Shown here: in pieces, positions 30,001 through 35,105 of the stretch | How the letters are laid out: each line of letters opens with the position of its first letter | Position numbering within the stretch: position 1 is the first letter of the stretch | Assembly: GCA_017501645.1 (NCBI GenBank) | Contig: JAFVWN010000060.1 | Span: 91,063 to 155,062 of the forward strand | DNA length: 64,000 nucleotides | Origin: Clostridia bacterium | GTDB taxonomy: Bacteria; Bacillota; Clostridia; Christensenellales; UBA1242 | Direction of reading: 5' to 3' | Position numbers and translations under genes: made by a program | Notes under the pieces: generated by a model | What the model was told of the DNA's origin: nothing | Database searches by the model: none | Seen by the model: only the letters and a program-made list of their open reading frames with translations

Positions 30001-31701
30001 AAAAAATATCTAGATGTTGATACTTTAGATGGTTATAACTTTGATCAAGTTTACAGAAATGGTTATTCTTATAACCAAGCAGAGTATGTTACAACAAATA
30101 CTGCAGGAAAAATCAAACTTGATGAAAATGGAAAATTGATTCCAAAATTAAATAACATATTTAACTATGTAAACATTAATAAAGTTGGAACAACAACTGT
30201 TGCTACAGTTAAAGATAATCTTTTTGAAATCACTGTTGATGGAGAAAAAGTACCTGTTTCCGATTTCATTGATGTTGAAATTGACACAGCATTAGGAACA
30301 GTTAAATTTGATATAAAAGTTAGAGCTTCTAAGACAGGTTTGCCTGATGTTAAAATCACAATGAATAAAAAGACTGGTATAAATGGTGTTACAGCCCATA
30401 CTATTGAGGTAACAAAAAGTAATGACCACACTGTTAAGAGAGGTCCAACAATTTCAACAACTGTTAAAGGATTTAACCTTGAAGCATTTAGTAATAGTGA
30501 TTTTATGACCGACCCTAACTACGAATTACCAGACTTAGATGTTGGATTAATTCTTAAGTGGCAAGAAAAAGCCATAGCAATTGATACAACTGTAAAAATT
30601 TCTGGCAAAGAGGTACACTTAAGTGGCGAACAATCATTAAAAGCAGATCTATCTTCATTGAAGTGTCAAACACATAAGTATTGTAGTAAGTGTAAAGGAC
30701 TAAAAAATGCTGCAACTTGTCAAGATTATGAAATTATGGCTTATTTCATAGTTGTTGTTGAAAATGGTTTATATTATCAATATTTACTTGAAGATCTCTT
30801 GGGCAATAGTAAATTAACCAAGAAAGACAAAGAAAACCTTAATAACTACATTGCAGCATTCCTAGGGGAAACTCCAGGAAACACAACAGATACTGGTGCT
30901 GTATATAATGTTGCAGACAGGTCAACTGGAAACTTCTTGGATAGCGATACAAGAAAAGGAATTTTAAGTATTTTAAATAAATATTATGACAACAGGTTTG
31001 CAGGAATTAGTCATAATGATATCTTAAAATACAAAGTGTATGATACTTTCCACAACTTTAGAGAAGGTGTAAACATCAACTTCTACCCTGTTATAATGAA
31101 TACTCAAGATATGATCCTCAATATGCCTCTTCTTCAAGAACACGCTAGAGGACAACATAATAACTGGCCAGAAAATTGGAAATTCCCATTAACAGGCGAT
31201 AAAGGTTTCAACTATTACAGAAATGCATATACTGGATATCATTCAAATATTGATACAGGTCTAATGAAGTTCGTTTCATACGAGAATTACAATTGTACTC
31301 CAGATGACAATAAAGACAAAGTTGGTTTATGGAAAAAGTTTACAAACTATGTTACAGGTATCTATAATGGTGCAAAAAAATATGCAGCAACATATCATAG
31401 ACTGCTTCACAGTATGTTAGTTTTAGACTCTTCGATTAATATGGATAGACTTGTTACTCTCGGTGCATCTTTAACAATTACGGTAAATACCTCTCCAGAA
31501 CAAGACACTAAATCTATAATTCTTAGTGGCTTGCATGACTGGGAAGTAATCCCAATTCAAAATGCAGCACACGCTTTTTGGGAGATTACAACTGGAGGAA
31601 TAGCTGTAACCCTTATCAAGTTTATTATTGTAAAATGTGTTGACAGCGAAGCTTCATTATTCGACAAGATTGCAAACCAAAACCATTGGGGTATGTATTA
31701 G
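11890..31701 (+). CDS. Giant (6,603 aa) predicted surface lipoprotein with degenerate Listeria-Bacteroides / InlB-B-type repeats and Cys clusters
   Basis: The frame is 19,812 nt and uninterrupted in AT-rich DNA. The N-terminus MSLVKSKKIANKKSSKSLARFILMLLISFVSILTFSAC has a K-rich n-region, an h-region and a lipobox Cys38. There are at least 12 Y/F-x-F-x-G-W/F motifs. Confidence 0.9.
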   Translation: MSLVKSKKIANKKSSKSLARFILMLLISFVSILTFSACDWTNDPDTPESNFDKDGNLRIQAPYIHFNPETKSAYDDTSIIDDVSGSFTWELAYFVNDGTKDVNYDQTYYLENYYTDSKYENIYNYYDHSNGIKPKYFSTSADAVEHFGISNVEGSGSGFYAIDQSDPIGTKLIKVYTPAEKIINGNKSISFPSFEVVVDGKYYTFKVTLHPYYLGKKIYEETPFVDNSFDYDKREFKEIDAEGNPVKSLFSFSYRVGKASTGAGDFLPCPDGFMTYYIDEDNKFMIRFNPRLEEGSTNRYIKVKALTETDNGRTSSLYSNTASYEAYTMTFSAYSPNSTSVDYGSLIYDESDYYFHTVKKVYNNRTKENDISSMVGVFPEGRRVIVSRQIEFADDYDYALQSWTMNTKAENSISIANAFPSTTIEDSKFSMLEYVATGTVDDYYKDLLRITTSDSCIPNAKKTGSEAFAEVENFYKSTVCTQCSGTGIDASSASCENCGGKGYAYPKAPTFNYYTKGQITELNTPSKYVKDTIYNMFDNTDKIVAVRSDLAVVSHNKVNGYKFYANFAKVRNFSLSGTFFAGDNFFNGGNQYLTDVTVSVFDKKGNRLCISNVNRTFNIIQLNVNEDKDGNGEPDATGDKLSSVYRVNDISFIFDGSYFTVTGLEIGDYLMFEKVGAPLLDDPIFDDATNLPYGFHSTQMVRLDIASIGINTKVLCVKETDDLYTDRQDIGIIGTQYAEESSLMVNLYQVDDLTGEKTEVEGGIKLLSEGNVSYEVIKSVSSYEDKYGYITTNIIISILLPSNATLVGYNAETVNDNQAVYYSLGNKNNEPTFILKRTYDKLKQEYSMNFEKDLYSFYTVPVNETEVTTVTAGTFVLYNGDTYSYSHNTTSDLPSGLTTTSFYNRLNEPNENEYQVLAKVVTGSSTRWELIKYTKVDASRITGDMMEDGTGASQIKFPVFCVDGDRLYQYEGKNEIASGEANEVSTVVGVYKTEMVQSTADGTNNIYAYYDVKQAHEKVYYTSPIAKEHYVESDKPGEEGLITVDIAYYFAEITNFDSLKSAGKIMLGSQILAGSTTLARQFREVLGAKIVQSCYYYIEPIGETINGKAHQPITVLAKQYLQTIQGVGQQQVNTTYYYNDGGLKVFAGSINGADLIANDTVFAAYNMNGAVIDLEKYSNISRGEMFDASGILNYDVGYNVILGAHNYMSSHTIVETDTLGPENQKPGFMFVENTEQTINGLKIRYAYTLYELNPDGTISSTALYYNADEGNFYRILDTYPISYPIVIDEIETIETKTICEVEENTGFKIEVKNSSGNLLDRFRVTKIAGTSTVKTYTQEEKVGTSVVTKTYTTYEAFLVPSFYVTNQDGNTETQIYNMVSDGSTQSVPCTFAVSSNPVFKYTGTLASGASVSLIPEITTTSVASNETALVRTAQIANTNTQVTMLGKYIQTGDSSEPIVYPSFSNLNKWSLDEAFILKGNGSTQADMFDHYYELDYTSKKLVIEGFPGVRLLAGAPYPNPVIYLSVRHKKTEDAVVNLSFDIKNAYFVEIMGTQIKTEDSNLIRDFTTYAFKDTVTNLSLNDYIDKSYWILDAVTLKPVIPYIYKDGKYQPKLVDEDDNPIELSIQDVGLNEDSVELFYSDTISATGIYKEKIYMQYVKNDGSIGYKTINYEEDVILWRTDATMVERVPMYDIHSYTQGKDGIIYFDSGTDTDDNVLCIGLEGISSGATQQEDSMFNYDKVLVSGVTSAYRTKTTELNISDSMYYGYWFDKGLNVMNAYDSNDAYFLSGKESVVIMASPTVQVNAENGDNYIYRFKEWQIYSRYNSEVMYYNRGLTENLIDRENAILRFSSNEAGYFVILPVYQRVYKIDLGTAVIDGAINQGGDISVLYSGGADVDVENATKEELYLIEYFKTEFNNQEGYYYSNILGAPYLWFTGELDRDTSMPIFEKKENIYAIRYNQTYKRFLSTHSTGDIILYFELLMSGDYVTGVKPVRVLSNIAVGYPGLVPIVNDNGQYHICGTAYIESFDEFRFKTGTAVDEIGQTYSTSEPMRLKDLVCHTFTGEFFYDSILSETTDNSVSIVVHYDEDSKRFSGLDLTTLNSRVENALKARDKWFFTPVKSLLEYVLYWNMIYNSHIFSDAQVFEKIGKKYDGNYLDNPDLEQLTFSSFNLNNSLTEPIARSVTNYHTVMFKYSDDIMVGEDFYRSTYASLDGGELAYDEEGNLYSAIQFKTAYIDRDTTVKLVASSGHGYRVEGWYQCIYDEEAGVWYTTDEKVKNSDNVYGDEILLAEYNETLKTYFYITQYFEERGVGKIYYFDEEKTEEAEVPQRMLDKVRGYFVNQGTETNPNWIQVYKKGNGDETAYYYDRQFSRLVDLQVYKVEEKSFYEAIRKVVDGENTHYTLNNITIYRKTDEEGNNEQFFRTMSTGNIVVDGNTLIINKLHSNLRYVAKFIEVYTEYIFAEPPEASGIEVKAVYYTTTDNEKVERDGEFTIIRTDLEGHNLTGEYHADFNAHGIDESVTGLDENFFNLYEQEEAKTAVAKAGKTGNLTPQIMRTTVTNPNTGKTFTKYTADSYTNYSKLLSGDFGSDNKAYLVNAEKDELLKGELTLRNMYFDVHTDVYIVVGVKSDAELTVHSLGFSPSYNIEPIIEPSEEFINHNQSADADEKYDYLYYMFKISYDRNPQNPLAPYEVHSKRYTSIASDVLAGNYTEFYQNHFDIYDNFGNRINYQSIANTENNTGRKVRLSSYLQTLRNKKIISNEIYAKYSSEIFDNVRDCLEAVSREAKNPGLLYVDYAIAKNGEVDEEGNAIILRSADDIFRAVRDIKVKDPDDPDKMIYYFKTPRLIRTGSQNTVNLSSIPIYSYTIQAVTVDDYTYDKSGNLVFTEPEEVEVPKDLEEGEEVPDPEEPRLILNNSKKHFLKNTIYTAAGTNKYTYLGYGDLFELPTPLIYVDDKYSENVELHFKDSYINLEYGEENEDKTILADLPIAANTIMLLEGADMAQEGYAFVGWFEQKYNKKSNVCLYKDQYNCTCSPDVECECEDHECEFGKEGWSELTLMSNELEHPYLTLSTADTVIVAVYKKVVDVSITYDNREMNIELPTGNMDSLGKDVLITVDDTKHTTTISGKFYFDTYQQFIVSPVGGYRFDGFEYQVSKDGEWSAVYTTGYDDKHIHYIDRNNEVKDHYDISLNSVIGVSYAMSECIVECEKHKDPYEKVRITIKAKKITLVHIEVENFYAFNEGEYTFSGWNFALYDIGLQHGSEPQLIVKTINSEDQEKIEVLLEYNDQVREGKSGEKSFHHYYVKDSAGNLVQGNIDQGTLKLYGYFDVEMSGNLLLVAFDGSSVIRKWYINGHPNTTDTYENLSSYGIPEQRKSFAAQFDAAFNIHFHYPESIDNGKGSTIDYNTNNYFALDKDNDVYYARAVIEAASSVTITHTFIESIEGDGATRVGVEAGTGSYSSVQAYSILAYNGSFSYIDGAGNMVTENNGTFAVKNKGEYKFSEDTTLNISVQAEFITIDGKLYKFLGWFDSYGTAGSASSYIISREMSLSAMEPKGVYEAKYVRVHRVELDYNAFGQIEVDPYNEIEALSPDYNQNVPTEVFGYYDGGHYYIMSGAELIINAYATEGYVLPDFTVTPLEDAPGELKHETEDNIDYLKLTVHEVDRAVRVSANFDEGYDITINQMLHSSVDMAQDAEYLSTVYSYITYRDRELKTTRYAVPKNSTVKFSVKGEEAEENEFPEYFFLGWYIDDVLMSRDITSGAILYDYEHTLTKDLVIEARFVPYVNVVVSSRVVGINTTVNKFAYTMTYKDLRTNTECTYSKTTQISLPMGLVVNLVANDENVSNAYEFVGWKMMQGTTVLKTFASEKDANITLSSDLIQNDKIYIYALYGRKTTLNLYKNITIREEDRATYLVNGELSDEFMSMFDLVVEYIDIFGNTKTIRLGANESILDISASQYTSVKIKYEMSNVVADRYYLDNILVKSSGNTKYTYTATYFEDQEWQTVSLSSNVSMNITATFKPSSAITIATELNGTKQDIFSSRNDVVYEFGTGDSAIKGTVDNGSKAIKVPAISQFTVTATSPAYGNGGEIYYKFVGWYNGGTLITTDLVLTEAKASGKIVFGTNINLTARYVAVVNNITINRVFDGSTPDIEKANALEVSATANFYRNNINTGTGDIKLFTLAIEDGKTSAQDELIVANQKVILIATHLAGYDFVGFEVVQGELLDDGAYVTNSFNTVKHITPAPCQSLVINAIYKEKTYSVNYVVTSYNSTSNEGGAISNYTEYVGPSETSISFAISNASFKAYINGNAVSHYSTGGTYTIAIPSSCRNCDLTVELRYIASESYSTINAGSGKSWFVKDAHEEMYAISHMSNLKILSSDYAKLNLVSAKDPYSGTLFNTTYRIDYYDGNTTNPVSSSAVTTNKPTDKIIVGADNKKYVFEGYWARIGTASSYTFIKVGSTIDANVGGYWSNIIAKYRRVEEVNLTPSVKGASHTVSYVRTPFAINPTYVNTAIGDGSQSTYYAFVSGSNLTLSVNPKTALDISTKKATYVLVDGITTSYSSRIDSIIDSYTLARNNVQTTINLLGTKINGAVCSISANTGKTAIPRTASTNGVGDSVAINPINEEINLSLSINVTGAEEVDRISTMYVNIYSTDGTYYEPLAITKATGITTITVKTGSTISLSYSIGDHKQFLYYSIAGVQYKDITYNYTIADGYGSNITIVGYFTGKYTASIEENDTTKGVASLMQTTSTSSTYNLSITNKDSFMISGIYFATVESGNDGTYDYSPLFLNSLHLSYSNKQLSSISGMVSSVSYTFIKSSPDDDSKTYNTALTLRFTALDNVVIKIEYMHVTKLIIEVKEKNAVQGQYTFYLSEFADPELKVADELTLEKLKARIDGISSATLRDALVYLPEDLCTFSFEGNTFDDTVSINHTKRDNVLVTLNRLTQVEVTVYIIMNFEKTDGGANLYNTPKEGLQISYDDTTVAKYNSSTKFTYVSAKSKPIVAEDTNGFFKFDGYYVGDDKEEDLQISSSSDYVLLSTDFGGTKFKKQADGSYAVYAIFTESLLTITIDADFGNNQASFAISQTDTEDGYKNFTETKQTLSFVNASGEDIGNLTYFFNTETEQYEMTYPASLVKNSTQIYIKAIDFDEEVTDDVYITEVLSAQGITKFYQKTIKTEGNSVDNEYYRFYRFVDAGGLMVGNLYTNFTAVDLGGYETGTSLTAETKELYMIEYTYNYLPDLFYIDMTMTVLKGSTLSTITIGTTQGQSYKEFDKALIRYLAEKDMNITVGTHFLPGYDYALYADFESIVYSKSVMISDILLKEGNEYVLGENGVPGTPTKLHNKDNVAPCGYYIDTAKEYWDTLLNEGVTGVYTAKFLPVANYYKSENAYSKFESFNFLAKENTSFVADFYNIAQNIKYFIFSILSNYDYDGFVNNEFKTSGHDFKVSFSSGKMGLGYFFTITAANTDYEITTQAPLTKDLDSGKTRNYAQDFFDDEASIKAEDDSSLVKITPYFKNSPFDERIRAELQYKGTTHAITTDKSASDLQYSQTNIHMMISNVAYLDFSALKLIKHYQEEGILYGSNGMPEKETKDALSYYVEGDIPTYKNYNDYIVKYEQKPYAYSGIGYKVKAEIIEGYYFKGFIMVSSGYDATYDLMGFGGETVRPTGKTFTYIPHKMNTDIDEDGNEYYTSAETVDFFTLEYATKIYALYEARVYVINVSTFEFKEDNEKLYAEHNSGEQKGEIDNEKSMMTTLDVESSIIKGSLIVEHGEDAKLTSQNLLFMQFVGWATTKEFDNDSLSYDDKFKVAFDTGLGLKGNYDLHVDEEHLTTLKYNDVKVGYYDKDGAYHGDIQGYNVEKDEFAVSTARNNIYIYDMNRDIDIIAYYTYISYRITINLADIIPTYYYADKYATDLRGTTTYLTYPDYIRETPGWTNPSAGTYNQSWDWGTNELNEREFTSSVYIDSHDPYVYTYVDNEGNALTYPTKIQYSLIDISKSQQTGNLVYKKISKSGTYQNVLCAKKYGAGTPLPYYDRAEDIKKYLDVDTLDGYNFDQVYRNGYSYNQAEYVTTNTAGKIKLDENGKLIPKLNNIFNYVNINKVGTTTVATVKDNLFEITVDGEKVPVSDFIDVEIDTALGTVKFDIKVRASKTGLPDVKITMNKKTGINGVTAHTIEVTKSNDHTVKRGPTISTTVKGFNLEAFSNSDFMTDPNYELPDLDVGLILKWQEKAIAIDTTVKISGKEVHLSGEQSLKADLSSLKCQTHKYCSKCKGLKNAATCQDYEIMAYFIVVVENGLYYQYLLEDLLGNSKLTKKDKENLNNYIAAFLGETPGNTTDTGAVYNVADRSTGNFLDSDTRKGILSILNKYYDNRFAGISHNDILKYKVYDTFHNFREGVNINFYPVIMNTQDMILNMPLLQEHARGQHNNWPENWKFPLTGDKGFNYYRNAYTGYHSNIDTGLMKFVSYENYNCTPDDNKDKVGLWKKFTNYVTGIYNGAKKYAATYHRLLHSMLVLDSSINMDRLVTLGASLTITVNTSPEQDTKSIILSGLHDWEVIPIQNAAHAFWEITTGGIAVTLIKFIIVKCVDSEASLFDKIANQNHWGMY
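13327..13395 (+). other. DnaJ-type zinc-finger pair CTQCSGTG-x8-CENCGGKG inside giant protein (aa 480-502)
   Basis: There are two exact matches to the CxxCxGxG motif of the DnaJ cysteine-rich domain. Confidence 0.5.
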
Positions 31702-31730
31702 CGTGCCTCAAAAAAATAAAGGACAATAAA

Positions 31731-33641
31731 ATGAAAAAATTAATCAAAAGAATAATAACAACTTGTTTATCATTACTGTTTATAGTTCTTAGTTTAATTA
31801 CTGTGACTGCACTGGAAGCTAAAACTTCCAGTGCTTCCCTGTCCTTTTCTGCTTCAGCAATAGATAATACTATTGGTGGAGTTCAAACTCGAGCTATGGA
31901 TGACACTATGTTTTTGATAGAGCCAGACATTGTGAGAACTTCAGGGAAATATATATATGTTTATGATAAAGCAGAATCAACTATAAAAGTTATTGATAAA
32001 GATACAAATACTTATAAAGAAGCTAATAATCACTATATAACAGCGTTAGGTGTTGATGATATTTTAATAAGTAATGATGCGCTATTTTTATTCAATAAAC
32101 AATCTGGGAGTTTCACTTGCATAGATGCTGAGGATTTTGAATCTTTAACATTTGAGCATTCTTCACTCTCATACCTTTCTTCTGCAAAATTTATTAAGCA
32201 TATAAAAATTGGTGAAGACGATTATATGCTCACCTGCCCAGAAAATCCAATTACTGCAGATTTTGAATTTGCAAAAATAACAAGAACAGATAATTCATTA
32301 TCTATTGATTCTGTTTCAAAATTTAGAATTAGTTCAAACTTCCAAGACTCATTATCTTCATATAATGAGATATTTGTTGATAGTAATGATGAAAAACTAT
32401 TCTTAATGCTAATTAATGAGAGTAATAATATATTATCTTGTCAAATTGATCCTACTAGCGTAGAGACTGTGCAAGTACAAATGACAGGCGTAACAGGTTT
32501 TGATTCTGTAAACAACATATTAGATGTTTCCTCTGTTAAAATTACAGATAAAGATAAAGTTGTTGCAGTAACCACTCAAAATACAATTGAATTTTTTGAA
32601 TTAAGCATTAGCTCTAGTCAAGTTTCAATGACACCAATTACAGATATGCAAATTAGTATCGAATCAGGTTTTGTTCCAACTGATGCGCACGGAACAAACA
32701 AAACATTAGCTCTTGTATCCAATTCATCTCAAGAGTTAAAAATTATTAATTTCGATAAAGAAATTGCTCCTTATTACTATAAACAAGAAATAAAAAATCC
32801 AACTATAAATCGTTTTTTATATTCACATAATGATTTCACATATTTAAAAGTGATTAATGACACCCCTATCCTATCTTTACCTTATAGTAAAGAAGGACAA
32901 ATTGAGGCAAATGTTAATGACGAGGTGGTTGTAATTGGTGAAGGTCAAGATGAAAATCAAAACAAGGTTTATGGATGGTATTATGTACTTTATTCTAAAG
33001 ACAATGTCAACTATTACGGCTATATTGCAAGTATTGACACAAATCAAAAAACAGAAACAAGTTATGAAAAGAATTATGTAACAGTTATTGCGTACACAAA
33101 ATTGTACACATATCCTAGTAAAATAACAGATGAAATCAATGTTGCAAAACCTAATCAAAACAATGTTAATGATCCGTATATCACAAAATACTCTAGAATT
33201 GAAGTTCTAGACAGTTTATGTGATTATACCTCACTTGGTACAAAGTATTTAAAAGTAAAAGTCAATGGCGTTGATATTGGTTTTATTGATCGAGAGAGCG
33301 TGATTGTGTCTAGCGATAATTCAGGAAGAATCATCCCAAATGCTACAGTTACTCATAATAATAGTGAAATATTTACTTCAACTGATACTAATAGACAAAC
33401 TATTGATTTATTAGATAAAGGCAAAAGAGTAAAAGTAATAGGCAAAAGAGATACAAAAACAAACTTTACTTTAATTACCTACAATGACAATGAAGGCAAT
33501 GAATGTACAGGGTATATTTATACTTATAATCTAGAGACTGATTCTTGGACAATGCTCCAAACAATAGGAATTTTGCTTGTAATTATTAATGTAATATTGC
33601 TTGTCATAATCATTTGTCTTAAAAACAAATTTACTAGATAG
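31731..33641 (+). CDS. Exported protein: signal peptide, beta-propeller-like region, three SH3b-like repeats, C-terminal TM anchor (636 aa)
   Basis: ATG 31731 has an AAGGA RBS, whereas the ORF-track start at 31686 overlaps the giant gene. The protein begins MKKLIKRIITTCLSLLFIVLSLITVTALEA. SH3b endings are present (GWYYVLYSKDNVNYYGYIASI; VKVNGVDIGFIDRESV; ECTGYIYTYNL). The TM helix is GILLVIINVILLVIIICL. Confidence 0.6.
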   Translation: MKKLIKRIITTCLSLLFIVLSLITVTALEAKTSSASLSFSASAIDNTIGGVQTRAMDDTMFLIEPDIVRTSGKYIYVYDKAESTIKVIDKDTNTYKEANNHYITALGVDDILISNDALFLFNKQSGSFTCIDAEDFESLTFEHSSLSYLSSAKFIKHIKIGEDDYMLTCPENPITADFEFAKITRTDNSLSIDSVSKFRISSNFQDSLSSYNEIFVDSNDEKLFLMLINESNNILSCQIDPTSVETVQVQMTGVTGFDSVNNILDVSSVKITDKDKVVAVTTQNTIEFFELSISSSQVSMTPITDMQISIESGFVPTDAHGTNKTLALVSNSSQELKIINFDKEIAPYYYKQEIKNPTINRFLYSHNDFTYLKVINDTPILSLPYSKEGQIEANVNDEVVVIGEGQDENQNKVYGWYYVLYSKDNVNYYGYIASIDTNQKTETSYEKNYVTVIAYTKLYTYPSKITDEINVAKPNQNNVNDPYITKYSRIEVLDSLCDYTSLGTKYLKVKVNGVDIGFIDRESVIVSSDNSGRIIPNATVTHNNSEIFTSTDTNRQTIDLLDKGKRVKVIGKRDTKTNFTLITYNDNEGNECTGYIYTYNLETDSWTMLQTIGILLVIINVILLVIIICLKNKFTR

Positions 33642-33649
33642 AGGCAAAA

Positions 33650-34966
33650 ATGTACAATAAAATTTATAAATTTCCAAACGGTGCGACAATAATTTACAAA
33701 AAAAGAAAAAGCAATAAAGCAACTGCAATTAATGCCGGTTTTTATTGTGGTCATCAGTATGCAAATAATGGTCTCCCTCACTTCTTTGAGCATATGTTCT
33801 TTAAAGGAACAACTAAAAGAAGTATGGAGCAAATTATTGATGACAGGTCTGCAATAACTTTTTTAAACGCTTACACAAATAATGATTTAGTTTGTGTAAC
33901 ATTTTATCAATCAAATAAAAGACTTGAACAAAGTTTTGAATTTGCAAGTGATGTTCTTCTAAACTCAACTTTTGACGCAGAAAAATTAAGCAATGAAGTA
34001 AAGGTTGTTCAAGAAGAAAAAATAAGATACATTGATAATAGTCGAAAAAGTCATATGGTGATGCACGAAATGTATATAAAAAAGAATTTTAAAAGCTTAG
34101 AAACTCAAGCTGATAGAATTTTTGGCACTGATGACTTTTTAAATACTATCACACCAAAAGATTTAGAAAATTATAGAGACGAACACTTTGTGACTGATAA
34201 ATTCATAATCTCAGTAACAACAAATCTCTCTTTTTCTAAAATCAAAAAACTTGTTAAAAAATATTTTCTTAATCATATTAAAACCCCTGAAACACCATCT
34301 ACAATACTTCCAGTTGAAGTTTATGAAATAGATAGAGAGTCTGGTGTTAATTTGGTTCAAAATAATGACAAAGGTTATAAAGCTGTTATAACAATTAAGA
34401 TGGATGCGGATGGTCATAACTACAGATATGACTATAATCTAGATTGTTTAAGCGACAGTCTCGGGGATAGAAAAGATTTGTATCATTATGAAGTGAGACG
34501 ACAAGGTCTTGCCTACTCTTGTAGAACAGGTGTTGATTATAATAATTTCAAAAATACTTTATGGATTGGCGTTGATTTCACAACAAGCAGTATTGAAAAT
34601 ATATCCAAAATACTAAGCGTTCTTGGCGATTCAATACAAATACTAAAAAAAGACGGTCTATCACAAGAAGACATTGATTTATTTAAAGAAAATTACATCA
34701 TTTCTAGGGACACAAGGAGGCCTTCAAGCCATAAAGATTTAGTTTATGATAATTTACTCAAATACTTAAGATATGGCGAAGAAAAAGCCAAAACAGCGAA
34801 ACAAATCGAAAAATTCTATGACAAGATAACTAAAGAATCAATAATGGAAAACATCACAAAATGTTTCAACAAAGACAATGATGTTCACATTACAATTATG
34901 GGTGATTTTACTAATGCACAAGTAAAAACCATAGAAGAATACAAACAATTAGTTTTTAAAAATTAA
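33650..34966 (+). CDS. M16 (pitrilysin/insulinase) family zinc peptidase, no signal peptide
   Basis: The HxxEH motif sits in GLPHFFEHMFFKGT. The 438-aa size is typical of M16B. The start is 8 nt after the previous stop, with an AGAGG RBS. Confidence 0.75.
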   Translation: MYNKIYKFPNGATIIYKKRKSNKATAINAGFYCGHQYANNGLPHFFEHMFFKGTTKRSMEQIIDDRSAITFLNAYTNNDLVCVTFYQSNKRLEQSFEFASDVLLNSTFDAEKLSNEVKVVQEEKIRYIDNSRKSHMVMHEMYIKKNFKSLETQADRIFGTDDFLNTITPKDLENYRDEHFVTDKFIISVTTNLSFSKIKKLVKKYFLNHIKTPETPSTILPVEVYEIDRESGVNLVQNNDKGYKAVITIKMDADGHNYRYDYNLDCLSDSLGDRKDLYHYEVRRQGLAYSCRTGVDYNNFKNTLWIGVDFTTSSIENISKILSVLGDSIQILKKDGLSQEDIDLFKENYIISRDTRRPSSHKDLVYDNLLKYLRYGEEKAKTAKQIEKFYDKITKESIMENITKCFNKDNDVHITIMGDFTNAQVKTIEEYKQLVFKN

Positions 34967-35006
34967 TTTTTTAAAAATTAAATTGTATATTTTTATATTA
35001 TTTTGC

Positions 35007-35030
35007 CACATTTTATACAAATGTGTTTTT
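35007..35030 (+). terminator. Weak AT-rich hairpin + U-run after M16 gene
   Basis: CACATTT-tatac-AAATGTG followed by TTTTT. Confidence 0.35.
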
Positions 35031-35055
35031 GTTATGCATTTTTATGTTGATTTTT

Positions 35056-35079
35056 AGAACTTTTTAAGTTCTTTTTTTT
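35056..35079 (+). terminator. Rho-independent terminator closing the giant-gene operon
   Basis: AGAACTT-ttt-AAGTTCT followed by T7. Confidence 0.55.
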
Positions 35080-35105
35080 GTTATACAAATATATTTTTAA
35101 TAAAT

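Noticed and set aside
31686-31730. Upstream extension of the SH3b/propeller ORF, overlapping the last 16 nt of the giant gene.
   Set aside because: ATG 31731 has a proper AAGGA RBS and starts a classical signal peptide (MKKLIKR...). The extension adds 15 residues with no RBS.
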